From contig NC_043004.1 in NCBI RefSeq assembly GCF_006345805.1, positions 12,338,001 through 12,402,000 of the forward strand: DNA of 64,000 bases, given 5' to 3'. The position numbers were made by a program, and so were the translations under genes. Source of the DNA: Octopus sinensis (lineage: Eukaryota). The notes beneath the pieces were generated by a model. The model was not told the DNA's origin. It made no database searches and saw only the letters and a program-made list of their open reading frames with translations. Positions 1 through 12,070 of this stretch are shown here, one piece after another (positions within the stretch are counted from its first letter, which is position 1; each line of letters opens with the position of its first letter).

Positions 1-356
1 CAGCCATGCCTGCAACTATATATAATGGGTAAATTGGCTTATCCAATAGAGTTACATAACTAAACTTAGTAGATATTTAAGCAATGCATTCATGGATAGT
101 TGATATTTGGATGTGGTACTGATGAGAGAGCAATAACTCTTGAAATATGCATATACAACCATTACCTATTGTCTTCTATCTTCGATCACATTGTTTACAT
201 TGATGTATTTGTATATGAAACATGGCTTTCAGTGGCGGCTCTGTCTTATAAAAAAAGAATTTGTAGAGATAAACTTAATATTTCCATTATTTGATCATTA
301 TTCACCACAGTTTGACTTGTCAATTATACATATCTGTCTTTTGTGTACATCTTCAG

Positions 357-549
357 TGCTCAATCAACGACTCTCGTTCACTGCCTGACAATGTTTTAAC
401 ATTCATCAAAGACAAACCATTGATGCACATGCTGTTGCAGCACATGTACTCAACACCAATATTTCACAAGGCTGACGTCATGCTCCAGAAACTGACCATG
501 GCGTTCAATGTCTCTGGACGCAACGATGTGGTTTTCTTTGCAGCCAGTA
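357..549 (+). CDS. Sema2a: Semaphorin-2A-like exon (Sema domain, C-terminal part)
   Basis: Acceptor cttcag at 355-356 and donor gtaagt at 550 (phase 1). Encodes CSINDSRSLPDNVLTFIKDKPLM...NDVVFFAAS, matching the semaphorin motif C-x-ND-x-x-x-LPD-x-VL-x-FI-x-x-HPLM. Confidence 0.88.
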
Positions 550-756
550 GTAAGTTTGTTTTTTTTTTTTACTTCCTCTTCACTTTTCATTTTATTTGTC
601 ACTCATTACTCATCATTCAGTGATTAATTTAACCAGTTTATGTCTCTCTGCACTTTATCCATTACTCTTACTCTCTATTAAAATAGCCACAGAAACCAAC
701 TTTTGCTGGCTAGATCCATCATTAGTCAGATCTTTCCATTAACAGCTCAGCCTTGT

Positions 757-1335
757 ACATTCTACTTGTATCAATCATTAGACTGCGGCCATGCTGGGGC
801 ACAGCCTTGAAGATTTTTAGTCGAATGAACCAACTCCTAGTATTTATTGTTTTCTCTTTAAATTTGGTGTTTATTCAGTCAGTCTGTTCTGCCCACACTC
901 TAAGTTACAGGGATGTAAACATGCTAACACTGGTTATCAAGCAATGGTTGGGGACAAACTCAAAGGCATACAAACATAGACATATATATATGATGGGCTT
1001 CTTTTAGTTTCCATCTATCAGATCCACACACAAGGCTTTGGCACTGTTCAAGAATTTGGACCTAGGGATCTCCATTTCCAGCGACTTCGAGGGCCACCTC
1101 CCAGTGGTGTCAGACATCAACAAAGAGCCCTCGACTACAACAAGATAACCAAAGTTTTTTTTTCCATGGTCTGGGGTCTTCCACCCCTAAGCCTTAGACC
1201 ATCACCAACAACAAAGCTTTGACTGGCCTGAGACTATAGCAGAAGACACTTACCCAAGGTGCCACATAGTGGGACTGAACCCGTGAGTGTGTGGTTGGGA
1301 AGCAAGCATCTAGCTACACAGCCACACCCGAGCCT
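757..1335 (-). mobile_element. tRNA-derived SINE family 1 (central TA/TG microsatellite), diverged, with a ~170 bp insert at ~1042-1210
   Basis: Matches other family-1 copies in the window: head GGCGCAGG(A)GTGGCTGTGTGG, CORE-like GGCACCTTGGGCAAGTGTCTT, tail CAGTCAAATGACTGAAAC. Confidence 0.75.
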
Positions 1336-1557
1336 ATAGTAAATTGTATTAATGAGGCAACAAAGGTACCTTTACATTGCTGTTCAACATGTTAGAAATA
1401 ACAGCCAGTTCTTCCTCAAATCACACCCTTCAGTTTTGAATAGAGAAAGGACATATAAGTTAACACACACCCACACAATAGCATCAAACACAGAACTCTG
1501 ACACTGCCCTAGTTTTCATGGTGCACCTTATTCATTTTTATTTCATCTGTTTTCCAG

Positions 1558-1685
1558 ATCAAGGCAAGGTTTACAAAATCTTCCAACGACCAATGGAACA
1601 TGCACGTGATAAACCTTATGCAGTAGTGTCTGCCGTGTATTCACCATTTTCAGAAACCCAGCCAATATGGAACATGGTAATGCAT
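1558..1685 (+). CDS. Sema2a: Semaphorin-2A-like exon (end of Sema domain)
   Basis: Acceptor tttccag and donor gtaagt at 1686 (phase 0). Joins in frame as A+AT=N: NQGKVYKIFQ...QPIWNMVMH, resembling the class-2 GTNLGRIYKI motif. Confidence 0.88.
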
Positions 1686-2399
1686 GTAAGTATTGTTTCT
1701 CTTTGGGAATTGCATTCTTCACTATTGAAAGAATGCATGGATTTAACCATTTCACCATTTAATCTGGCTGTATCCGGCCCAAATATTCTACCAGTTTTAT
1801 GTTCAAACTGATCAGATCCAGCCTCTCACACCTACCTTACAATGTCATTCTAAAAATATATAAACGCAGGAGTGTTTGTGTGATAAGAAGCTTGCTTCCA
1901 GTTCTGGTTGTTGAGTTTTCTTCACGCTGGTTTGCAGCGGACAAAAGTTATTACTGAAAGAGGCTCTACTGTAAGGTAAGACTTTTTTGCTTTTTGGGTC
2001 CAGTGGGGGTTCGTTGTTTGTGAAATTTATTTTTTGTACAAGCAAGGAGTCCTCACTGGATTCTGGGCTTTGGTCTGCCTGCAGTAGAGCATTTTGTTTT
2101 TCTCACTTAATTGTGAGAATTAATGCTTGGGGGCATATCCTGCCCTTAAACTTACTTTGAGAATAGTGTTGTTCTCAATGAAATTGTTCCTGTTGAAGAA
2201 TAACTTTGTGAAATATTTTTGGAATAATTTTTCAACAACTACGAGAAGCTGTGTTCCAGTTTCAAGTTAAGGCTGGGAATACATTGTGACCTAAGGATTT
2301 TTTTTTGCTGTATGTTGAACTGTTGCTCTCTTCTTCTATCTTTCATTCTAGAACCCTTTATTGAACTGTTTATTTTACTTTTTCTTCCTTTTTGTTGGA

Positions 2400-2790
2400 A
2401 CTTTCTTTCTCCTTTTACTCTCTAATTATTTGAATTTTATCAACTGTCTTTGGACTTTTTCTTGAATTAAACATGGCAAAGAAAAATGAGAAACTTGTGG
2501 AGTGGGAGATTACACCACCCAAAAAATGGTTGGAAGAATTTGAAAAGAAGATGGTGGTATTGAGGACTTACTCCAAGTCCCTCGACACCATCGCCGTCTT
2601 CAAAAAAAATTTAATAGAAAAACAGTTGGAAAAATATATGCCAACTATTAAATATATCTCTTTGGGGGTCCAATATGCAACGGTGTGGTTGCTATTTGAT
2701 ACCCCCAAAGAAGCTCGCAAATTCGCGTGCCAGCTACTTACCACACAGCCATTCCTGCACCATATTGAAATTCGTTAAGCTGGAAAAAGT
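2400..2790 (+). pseudogene. Relic of L1/Tx1-type ORF1 in the semaphorin intron
   Basis: EITPPKKWLEEFEKKMVVLRTYSK...IEKQLEKYMPTIKYISLGVQYATVWLLF aligns by eye to KIEPPQKLLQEEKQKTIIFKTY...IEKCLKPILGDVVFLRRGKKFGTVEVRF of the ORF1 at ~60.2-60.4 kb. Confidence 0.5.
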
Positions 2791-3659
2791 TAATTTATAG
2801 TTCATGATTAACAACTGGGTTTGCTGTGTATGCAAAAAAAAAACAGTTGACCTGGTGAGTAGCTAGCAGAGGAACCCTTGTTTGGGCAATTACTACTTCT
2901 GAGATTTTGCTAGCTAGAAAACATGTGTTGCTTGGATTTTGTCTATACCATTCACTAAATTTGTAGGTGGACGTCAAACGATGATGATGATGATGATATA
3001 TATGTGTGTGTGTGTGTGTGTGTGTTAAGCACTTTCAGTATGCAAATTAGGAACTCCTTCATAGAGTAACTGCTGCATTTGTTGAGTATATAAACAGTTT
3101 GACTGCTTGTTTCTCTGGAGGCTGTCAGAATGACTTGGATGCCTCTGATGAGATCCCAATAAGGTTCGAAAATCAATTAAGGTTGTTCTTCATTTTTTTC
3201 AGTCTGCAGGGAAATGGCTAAAATTTGCCCTGTTTATAATTACATTGGGCTTCTTTCAGTTTCTGTTTACCAGATTTACTTACATGGCATCAACCAGACA
3301 GGTGCTGTAGTAAAAAAACTTATCTAAGATGCCACACTGTAGGACTGAACCAAAAACCTGGAAAGTGCATGGATACAAATCAAACTTCTTAACCACACAG
3401 CCACACCAGCTCCTGCGTGTAGCATAAAGCAAAATAAAAATGGTGAATGAAGACATGAAAATAATAGTGATTCAGTTAGTAAAAAATTGCCATATTTATG
3501 TGGTGAGGTTGGTAATGGTCTTGTAAGTATAAGGTTATGTGTAGAAACCTTGCAACAGCCACTGTTTAGTAAAGCAAATAATTTGGTAAATCAAATAATT
3601 CTGCTTGAGTTATTATTTATGAAAGAGACACTTTATATTTGTAGAAATGTTTACTCTTT

Positions 3660-3944
3660 TTCATTTCTTATTTCATATATATATATATATATATTTATTC
3701 ATTTATATATAGAGAGATATATATATATATATTATATATATATTTATTTATATATATATATATATAAATATTTATATATAAAAATATATATATATGAAAT
3801 ATATAAGCTTGTACATTTATGTGTAAATAAATATATTCATACATATATATACATACACCTGCATATATATATACACACACACATACAGATGCATCTGTAT
3901 ATAAATATACTCATACATACACACACACACACACACACACACAC

Positions 3945-3980
<36 letters not shown>

Positions 3981-4025
3981 ATATATACACACACACATAC
4001 AGATGCATCTGTATATAAATATACT

Positions 4026-4095
<70 letters not shown>

Positions 4096-4126
4096 TACAG
4101 ATGCATCTGTATATAAATATACTCAT

Positions 4127-4197
<71 letters not shown>

Positions 4198-4400
4198 TAT
4201 ACACACACACACATACCATACACACATGCATGTATATATGTTCTCTTTTTTTCCAATGACCTGAATGTTATTTATCAGTGCACTCATTACTGAAGTTGAG
4301 CAAGCTTCCACCAAAGTCTCTCTCTCTCTCTCTCTCCCTCTCAGACACACCCACACACACACTCACACACACATACACACAAACACACACACACACAAAG
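3660..4400. repeat. Compound (TA)n/(CA)n/(CT)n microsatellite with three ~110 bp tandem units
   Basis: Unit CACACACACATACAGATGCATCTGTATATAAATATACTCATAC recurs at ~3875, ~3990 and ~4085. Confidence 0.9.
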
Positions 4401-4749
4401 AAATATCTGCTAATACATCAACATAGTAATTGCAAAAGAAAAACTCATAAAATATACAACTCTAACGACAACAATAATAATAATAATGTTAAAGATATTC
4501 TGTCATGTGTATTATTTTGTATTCTGTGGAAAATAAGATAAAAAACAAGCATCATACTCACTTTGTCAACCTTTTCATATTGAATTCCATTCTAAATTGA
4601 TAACAGTGGTCAGCGATCAAACTACCTTGTAGAGCATCGTAACTGATAAATGTTCAACATTTATGTGAAATATTACTCTGAATGGATATTAGAGGTCAGC
4701 AAGATGGCCATAGTCTACTTGGCTGTTAAATCTTTTTCATCTTTTATTT

Positions 4750-5235
4750 CTTTACATGTTTCAGTCATTTGACTGCGGCCATGCTGGGGCACCAGACTGA
4801 ATGGTTTTTTTGTTGAACAAATCAACTCCGGGATTATACTCTTTTACTTGTTTCAGTCATTTGACGGTGACCATGCTGGAGCACCGCCTTTAGTCGAGCA
4901 AATCGACCCCAGGACTTATTCTTTGTAAGCCTAGTACTTATTCTATTGGTCTCTTTTGCCGAACCGCTAAGTTACCGGGACATAAACACACCAGCATCGG
5001 TTGCCAAGTGATGTTGGGGGGACAAATACAGACACAGAAGCATATGTACACTTACATACATACATATATATAGATGCATATATATACGATGGGCTTCTTT
5101 CAGTTTCTGTCTACCAAATCCACTCACAAGGTTTTGGTCGGCCCGAGGCTTTAGTAGAAGACACTTACCCAAGGTGCCACACAGTGGGACTGAACCTGGA
5201 ACCATGTGGCTGGGAAGCAAGTTTCCCACCACAAA
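4750..5235 (-). mobile_element. SINE family 1, near full length, plus the tail of an older copy
   Basis: Reverse complement of the family-1 consensus; a second tail lies at 4750-4840. Confidence 0.85.
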
Positions 5236-5639
5236 CATTATGCTAGGTAGAGATCACGGTGAAATCACAAGATTATGGTTTCAATTCCTAGACCTGATGG
5301 TGTGTTGTGTTCTAGAGCAAAACACTTCAGCTGACTTTGCTCCAACATGGCCACAGTCAAATGATTGAAACATGTAACAGAGATTGTTTTGAATTAATCA
5401 GACATTATCTTGTAGCTTCAAATTTCCATGATATGATTGTTTATTTCTATGACATTGCAGGGTAGGTGTGAGAGGCTGGATCTGGCCTTGTTTTGAATTA
5501 ATCGTGCATTATCTCATAGCTTTGAGATTTCAATGATATGATTTGTTTATTTTTAGTGTAACCTTTTAGAGTTTCATAAACAGGCAAAAAAAACTGTTGC
5601 TTGAAGTAGCATGCATCCTCCATGTCCTGTAACCTATAA

Positions 5640-5875
5640 AATTTCTTCTTCTTCAATTTTTCTCCTCCTCTTTCTTTTCTTCCTCTTCTTTTTCTTTTTC
5701 TTCCTCTTCTGTTTGTTGTTCTTCTCTTTCTTCTGTCTTCTCTTTCTTCTTCTGTTGTTGTTCTTCTTCTTCTCTTTCTTCTCCTTCTTCTTCTTCTTCT
5801 TCTTCTTCTTCTTCTTCTTCTTCTTCTTCTTCTTTTTCTTCTTCTTCTTCTTCTTCTTCTTCTTCGTCGTCGTTG
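5640..5875. repeat. (TTC)n/(TCT)n polypyrimidine microsatellite
   Basis: Long CTT repeat upstream of the PSI exon acceptor. Confidence 0.9.
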
Positions 5876-5944
5876 ATGCCATTTTTTAATAATTTCATTT
5901 CACTTAATTTTTTTTTTTTTTTCAATTTTCGTTCTCTTTTCCAG

Positions 5945-6105
5945 AAAGACTACTTGTATTTGAGTACAGATTCCAAAGTATTACAGGTGAATGTCGAGAC
6001 ATGTGAACAATACAAGAAAGCAGATGCTTGTATTAATGACCCCTACTGTGGATGGGCTAGAAATGACAAATGTATGCCTTACAATCAAGGTTCCTCTCAT
6101 CACAG
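5945..6105 (+). CDS. Sema2a: Semaphorin-2A-like exon (last Sema strands + PSI domain)
   Basis: Polypyrimidine tract plus ccag acceptor, donor gtgagc (phase 2). Encodes KDYLYLSTDSKVLQVNVETCEQYKKADACINDPYCGWARNDKCMPY, with the PSI DPYCGW motif. Confidence 0.92.
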
Positions 6106-6389
6106 GTGAGCAGTCAACACTTGAAATATTTTCTATCAAATTTAAAGAACTGAAGTAATAGCATGGTGGTGTGATATTTGAGAAATTTGCTTCTGAATTG
6201 TCAAACGGCTAGTTCCAGGTTCGATCTCATGGCATGACCTTTATGAGTGGATGATGTAAAGTTCTTGGCTTTAAGGGTATCATGAAAGGCCAGGTTAGAG
6301 TCCCAACCTTCCGGGTGTTTTTTCACTGGACTTAGAAAAACTGAAGGTCCGTTGTAATTAGTGTGGCACAAGTACAGGCAAGGTCAGTT

Positions 6390-6480
6390 TTGGCACAGTT
6401 TTTACAGCTGGATGCCCTTCCAAGTGCCAACCATTTTCCAGTGTGGACTGGATGCTTTTTAAGTGGCACTGACAGGGTCA
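6390..6480 (-). mobile_element. RTE-tail-type SINE fragment
   Basis: TTTTACAGCTGGATGCCCTTCC...GCCAACCA is the reverse complement of the element at 12250-12440. Confidence 0.55.
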
Positions 6481-6557
6481 CTAAATAACTTGCAAGACGA
6501 AAGTCTTTTGAGAGGAGAGGAGGCATTGGAGGACTTGATTTTGTATCTGATGATGAA

Positions 6558-6603
<46 letters not shown>

Positions 6604-6612
6604 ATATATATG

Positions 6613-6660
<48 letters not shown>

Positions 6661-7548
6661 ACATAAAATGTATGTGTATAATTTGGAAGATTAAAATCAA
6701 TACTACTACACTGAGATTACAAAACAGCTGTAATCCTCTGGAAATCCTCAATCTTTATTCATCTCTCATATCTCCTGATTTTATGATTCTTATTTACTCC
6801 TCATGGAAATATCTACCAGTTGTATATCCTTGATTTTCAGTTGTATGGACAAGTTAAACTACATCACAATTTAATTACTAAGTGAACTGATAGCCAGTTC
6901 TTTTGGGAACTGCTTACTATGAACTATGCCCCATTCTCTGATACCAATTTTCTACTTTATGTATATGTGTGTGTAATATGGTTTAGAAGTTTGTTTCATG
7001 ACCTTGTGGTGTGGTTCCATCCCACAATGTAATACCTCATGGAACTGTTTCCTAGAATATCATTGTGCTAACTAATTCCTTGTGACTGAATTTGGTAACA
7101 AATTAACTATCTAGCTTTGTAGTTACAAAATATCATATAATTATATACATAATTATAACAAAGGATCAGCCCAATGCCTCACCACACACTGCTAGAAATA
7201 GATGTTAAAGTCTTTTTTACTGCCTTAAAATCGCCGAGAATAACACACTGAGTGTAGGTAAGTAAAAGAAAAATAATGACTAGCTTTGTAGATGGATAGA
7301 CAGGCAGAGCATAGACCCATATTGTTTGAAAGCATTGGCTCTCATCCAATCATTAAAGTTAAGTGTTGTTGAGCCAAGGTTTATAAATTAATGATTGGCT
7401 ACATTGGAAACCTAGGTACTGTTAATATCACCTTTAGTAAAATCTTGTGGCTTTGTTCTTAAGGTATTTGGCTTATTGTCTAAAGGCTGTGAGTTCAATT
7501 CCTGTATCAGACATTACACTGTGTCCTTGAGCAAGATACTTCATTACT

Positions 7549-7880
7549 AGGCACAAGAGTGGCTGTGTCGTAAGTAGCTTGCTTCCTAGCTACATGGTCC
7601 TGGGTTCAGTCCCATTGTGTGGCACTTTGGGCAAGTGTCTTCTACTAAAGCATCAGGCAGACCAAAGCCTTGTGAGTGGATTTGGTAGATGGAAACTGAA
7701 AGAAGCCTGTCGTATATATATGTGTGTGTGTGTGTGTGTATGTTTGTCCCCCCAACCTCGCTTGACAACTGATGCTGGTGTGTTTACGTCCCCGTAACTT
7801 AGTGGTTTGGCAAAAGAGACCAATAAATAAGTACCAGGCTGACAAAGAATAAGTCCTGGGGTTGATTTGCTCGACTAAAG
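7549..7880 (+). mobile_element. SINE family 1
   Basis: Head, CORE-like block, microsatellite and 3' half all match the family consensus. Confidence 0.85.
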
Positions 7881-7955
7881 TGAGTATGAAAGCGAGCGAT
7901 AGCAATGTAATTGATTGTCATTAAAATGTAATTTCCTTTTCTTCTTCCTCTTCAG

Positions 7956-8035
7956 ATTGAGGACATTCAAAGATGTTCCAGCAAATATGCCTTTTAAAGA
8001 AGCTATGGCCCATGTTATAGAAGAGCCATTATATG
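7956..8035 (+). CDS. Sema2a: Semaphorin-2A-like exon (PSI-Ig linker)
   Basis: Acceptor cttcttcctcttcag, donor gtgagt. Phases 2/1 fit both neighbours. Encodes RLRTFKDVPANMPFKEAMAHVIEEPLY. Confidence 0.75.
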
Positions 8036-8419
8036 GTGAGTTGGTATATATATCTTTTAGGTCAATTTGAATAAAACCCTTGATTCAGTAACACCGTGTA
8101 TAAACTGTATACTTGGAATGACCAATTTTAAATAGTATTGGATTTTACTCATAAGGTATTGGAATCTTACATGTATACTATTCTGCCTAAATAATGGATC
8201 TACATATACAATATCCCTGCATATCTCACATCTATTTTCATTCCTCCACCTCACTCTCTATTTCGTATCAAAAGAGACCGATAGAGTAAGTACTAGGCTT
8301 ACAAAGAATAACTCCTGGGGTCCATTTGCTCAACTAAATTCCAACCCATGCTAGCATGGAAAACGGACGTTAAACGATGATGATGATGATGATATAAACT
8401 GAATGGGCATTCAGTTGGC

Positions 8420-8720
8420 TATAAGGGTTAGGGTTCCCATTGATATGATCAATGAAACAGCCAGCTCATGAAATTAATGTGTAAGTGGCTGAGCACTCCA
8501 TTGACACACGGACCCATAATGTAGTTCTGATGGGGATTCAGCATGGTGCAAAATTTGACAAGGCTGGCCCTTTGAAATACAGGTACTGCTCATTTTTGCC
8601 AGCTGTGTAGACTTGAGCAATGTGAAATAAAGTGCCTTGCTCAAGGACACGATGTGCTGCTTGGGATTGAACTCACGACCTTATGATGATGAGCCAAATA
8701 CCCTAACCATTATGCCATGC
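8420..8720 (-). mobile_element. tRNA-derived SINE family 3
   Basis: Reverse complement of the 23113-23432 element (GTGTCCTTGAGCAAG...CTCCAGTCCACTCAGCTGGCAAAAATGAG). Confidence 0.75.
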
Positions 8721-8935
8721 ATGTGTGCACGTGTAACTGTTTTCTTTCCTTGACATCATGTGATAGTCGTAAACAAGTGTCACCACCATGCAAACAGGGT
8801 CCTTCTTTTCCAGTTATTCTGGTCACTGGAAAATCTTCCATTACTTGGAAACAGGTAAGGGTTTGTGACTTGAAGGGCATCCAGCTATCAGAAATCTTCC
8901 TCAACAAATTCTGTCCAACCCATTCAAGCATTAGG

Positions 8936-9160
8936 TGGAGGTGCGTGGCTTAGTGGCTAGGGTGTTGGTTTCATGATTGTAAGCTTGCAGTTTTGATTCT
9001 TGGACCGGACAATGGGCAATGTCCTTGAGGAAAACACTGTTTCATGTTGCTCCAGTCCACTCAGCTGGCAAAAATGAGTAATCCTGTAAAGGACTGGTGT
9101 CCCATTCAGGTGGAGAATACATACGCCATTGAAACCGGGGAAATTGGCCCCTTAAGTTTA
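8936..9160 (+). mobile_element. SINE family 3 variant
   Basis: A-box-like GGTGCGTGGCTTAGTGG plus the family-3 central block. Confidence 0.7.
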
Positions 9161-9297
9161 TAGGGAAGGAACTTTATTTGTGTTTTCACATTCAACCATG
9201 CCAGTATGGAAATGGATGTTAAATGAAGAAGTAGATGATGATGATGATGACTGATGATGATGATTATTATTATTATTATTATTGTTATTATTATTAC

Positions 9298-9329
<32 letters not shown>

Positions 9330-9482
9330 GAGCATTGAAATGTGAACACTAAAATTATGGCGATAATAACTATGTATGTTTTAGTAGCAACTGAGTCCGT
9401 ATTTCTTTGTTTGTTTCACAATTCATCAAGCTGTTTATTTGTCTTCCTGTTGAACTTTCTACAAACTTCTTTTTATTTCCAG

Positions 9483-9728
9483 AATCTCGTACTGTAAATG
9501 TATCTGTTGGGACATCGTTCCGACTAAGATTAAGCTACAAAATCTGTGTTGAAGGCCCAGTAAAATGGAAAAAAAACGAGACAGTACTTTGTCCCGGTAA
9601 TGAGTACTTAATGGCACAAGATAATTCACTAATTCTACAAAACATTCACATTGGTCACCAAGGCCACTACCAGGCGGAAGACCGACACAACGCAGTAGTT
9701 TCACAATACATTGTTAACATACGCAAAG
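9483..9728 (+). CDS. Sema2a: Semaphorin-2A-like exon (Ig-like domain)
   Basis: Acceptor tttccag, donor gtcagt (phase 1). Encodes ESRTVNVSVGTSFRLRLSYKICVEGPVKWKKN...SLILQNIHIGHQGHYQAED...YIVNIRK, with Ig core Trp and L-x-I...G-x-Y pattern. Confidence 0.88.
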
Positions 9729-9944
9729 GTCAGTTACTGGGTTTTTTTATTGATTACATTTTGTTATTGTTGTTGTATTTTAGGCCCTATCCATTTCTGT
9801 AGGGGCCTCTTTTAGTCTTAGGGATCACCATGGGTTTCAGAACCTAGAAAGTCAACCCACTTGAAATTGTTTGCCAACTGGTTGCTTGTGCTGCTCTCTG
9901 CATGAACATCTTTTGTATCAGAAGCTGCTTTAGACCTATTGGGC

Positions 9945-10028
9945 AAGTGTCTTCTACTATAGCCTTGGGCCAACTAAAGCCTTGTGAGTGGATTTGGTAG
10001 ATGGAAACTGAAAGAAGCCCATCATATA

Positions 10029-10075
<47 letters not shown>

Positions 10076-10272
10076 ATGTCTATGTTTGTCCCCCCCAACA
10101 TTGCTTGACAACCGGTGCTGGTGTGTTTACATCCCCGTCACTTAGGGGTTCGACAAAAGAGACCGATAGAATAAGTACTAGGCTTAGAAAGAAAAAGTCC
10201 TGGGTCGATTTGCTCAACTGAAGGCGGTGCTCCAGCATGGCTGCAGTCAAATGACTGAAACAAATAAAAAAG
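9945..10272 (+). mobile_element. SINE family 1, 5'-truncated
   Basis: Runs from GGGCAAGTGTCTTCTACTATAGCC through the tail GACTGAAACAAATAAAAAAG. Confidence 0.85.
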
Positions 10273-10294
10273 AATATGTATGTTTGTGTGTGTG

Positions 10295-10364
<70 letters not shown>

Positions 10365-10365
10365 A

Positions 10366-10625
10366 ATTTGATGACGTTTTGAGAGCTTCGGGAGAGGGCT
10401 CCAACACTGATGTCATCAACCTTGATTTCAGCAAGGCCTTTGACAGGGTTGATCATAAGATTCTCGTGAAAAAAAAAGACTATCCAGCATTGGTGTCCTT
10501 GGAAAGTTACTACAGTGGATCAAGTGTTTCCTGACAGACAGAACCCAACACATTGTAGTTGAAGAAGTAAACTCAAGCTCAGCCCAAGTCAGTAGTGGTG
10601 TTCCACAAGGCACAGTGTTGGGTCC
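10366..10625 (+). mobile_element. CR1/L2-type LINE RT fragment, copy 1
   Basis: DVINLDFSKAFDRVDH and GVPQGTVLG RT motifs, frameshifted. Confidence 0.85.
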
Positions 10626-10626
10626 T

Positions 10627-10705
10627 GGCTTCCCAGACCCCGGTCGAACCGTCCAACCCGTGCTAGCACGGAAAACGGACGTTAAACGATGATGATGATG
10701 ATGAT
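10627..10705 (+). mobile_element. RTE-type 3' tail ending in (GAT)n
   Basis: CCGTCCAACCCGTGCTAGCACGGAAAACGGACGTTAAACGATGATG; similar tails at ~2965, 8340, 9195 and 12380. Confidence 0.65.
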
Positions 10706-10925
10706 ATGTATATGTGTATGTATGTTTGTGTGTGTGTATATGTATGTTTGGGTGGGTGTGTATGTATGTGTGTATATATATATATATATATATGTATGTT
10801 CATGCTCTTGGTGTGTTGAATTATTTTTTGAGAACAATTCTTGGTGGTCGATTCCCTTTGCGGATCTATATCTAGCGTAAGAACATCCACATAGTGGATT
10901 CTCTCTTATAGTTATGTATGTATCG

Positions 10926-11305
10926 CTTTGATGACATTTTGAGAGCTTTGGGAGAGGGCTCCAACACTGATGTCATCTACCTTGATTTCAGCAAGGCCTT
11001 TGACAGGGTTGATCATAAGATTCTCGTGAAAAAAAAGACTATCCAGCATTGGTGTCCTTGGAAAGTTACTACAATGGATCGATTGTTTCCTGACAGACAG
11101 ACAACCAACACATTGGAGTCGAAGGAGTAAACTCAATCTCAGCCCAAGTCAGTAGTGGTGTTCTACAAGGCACTGTGTTGGGCCCACTTCTTCTCATCAT
11201 CTGCATCAATGACATTACTGACATCATCAAGCACAGCAACATAAGAATCATTGCAGATGATTCCAAGTTCCAGAAGGTCATCAATGAAGTGGGTGACCGA
11301 ACTCA
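10926..11305 (+). mobile_element. CR1/L2-type LINE RT fragment, copy 2
   Basis: YLDFSKAFDRVDH, QGTVLGPLLLIICIND and ADD motifs. Confidence 0.85.
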
Positions 11306-11385
11306 ACATATATGTGTATGTGTATGCCTGTATGTATGTATGTATGTGTGTATGTATGTTTTATCTTTATTCATTTATTTTTCAG

Positions 11386-11474
11386 GCAAGGAAGATATTG
11401 AGAAAGATTGGATGCTGAAGTTCCAAGAATGGTGCGACTTATTTGAGGATTACAAAAGAGAACGTGACAAATGG
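11386..11474 (+). CDS. Sema2a: Semaphorin-2A-like exon (class-2 C-terminal helix)
   Basis: Acceptor ttttcag, donor gtaagt (phase 0). GKEDIEKDWMLKFQEWCDLFEDYKRERDKW resembles the Sema2 tail motif WC-x-x-FE-x-YK-x-x-x-x-x-W. Confidence 0.88.
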
Positions 11475-11674
11475 GTAAGTGTCTTGCTTTTAAATTCGCC
11501 ATCATTGTCTTTATTGCTGCATCACCACCACCACCACCACCACTACTGCTTCTACTACTACCAACACTATTGCTTTCACCATCGTAATCATCACTGTGAT
11601 CATTGCATATTATTGTCATTATTACCATGAACAAACATTGTTATCTTCATCTTAATTATTATTATCATCATCAT

Positions 11675-12070
11675 AGGGACAGGAGTGACTGTGTGGTAAG
11701 CTTGCTTACCAACCACATGGTTCTGGGTTCAGTCCCACTGTGTGGCACCTTGGGCAAGTGTCTTCTACTATAGCCTCGGGCTGACCAAAGCCTTGTGAGT
11801 GGATTTGGTAGACGGAAACTGAAAGAAGCCCATAGTATATATATATATATGTGTGTGTGTGTGTATATGTTTGTGTTTCTCACCACCACCCCCAACATCG
11901 CTTGACAACCGATTCTGGTTTGTTTGTGTCCCCATAACTTAGCGGTTCGGCAAAAGAGACCAATAGAATAAGTACTAGGCTTACAAAGAATAAGTCCTGG
12001 GGTCGATTTGCTTGACTAAAAGTGGTGCTCCAGCATGGCCACAGTCAAATGACTGAAACGAGTAAAAGAG
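11675..12070 (+). mobile_element. SINE family 1, full length
   Basis: Matches the full family consensus. Confidence 0.88.

Noticed and set aside
11475-11630. Read-through of the Sema2 penultimate exon into a His-rich extension
   Set aside because: A strong GTAAGT donor and an in-phase terminal exon exist; the His run is a (CAC)n microsatellite.
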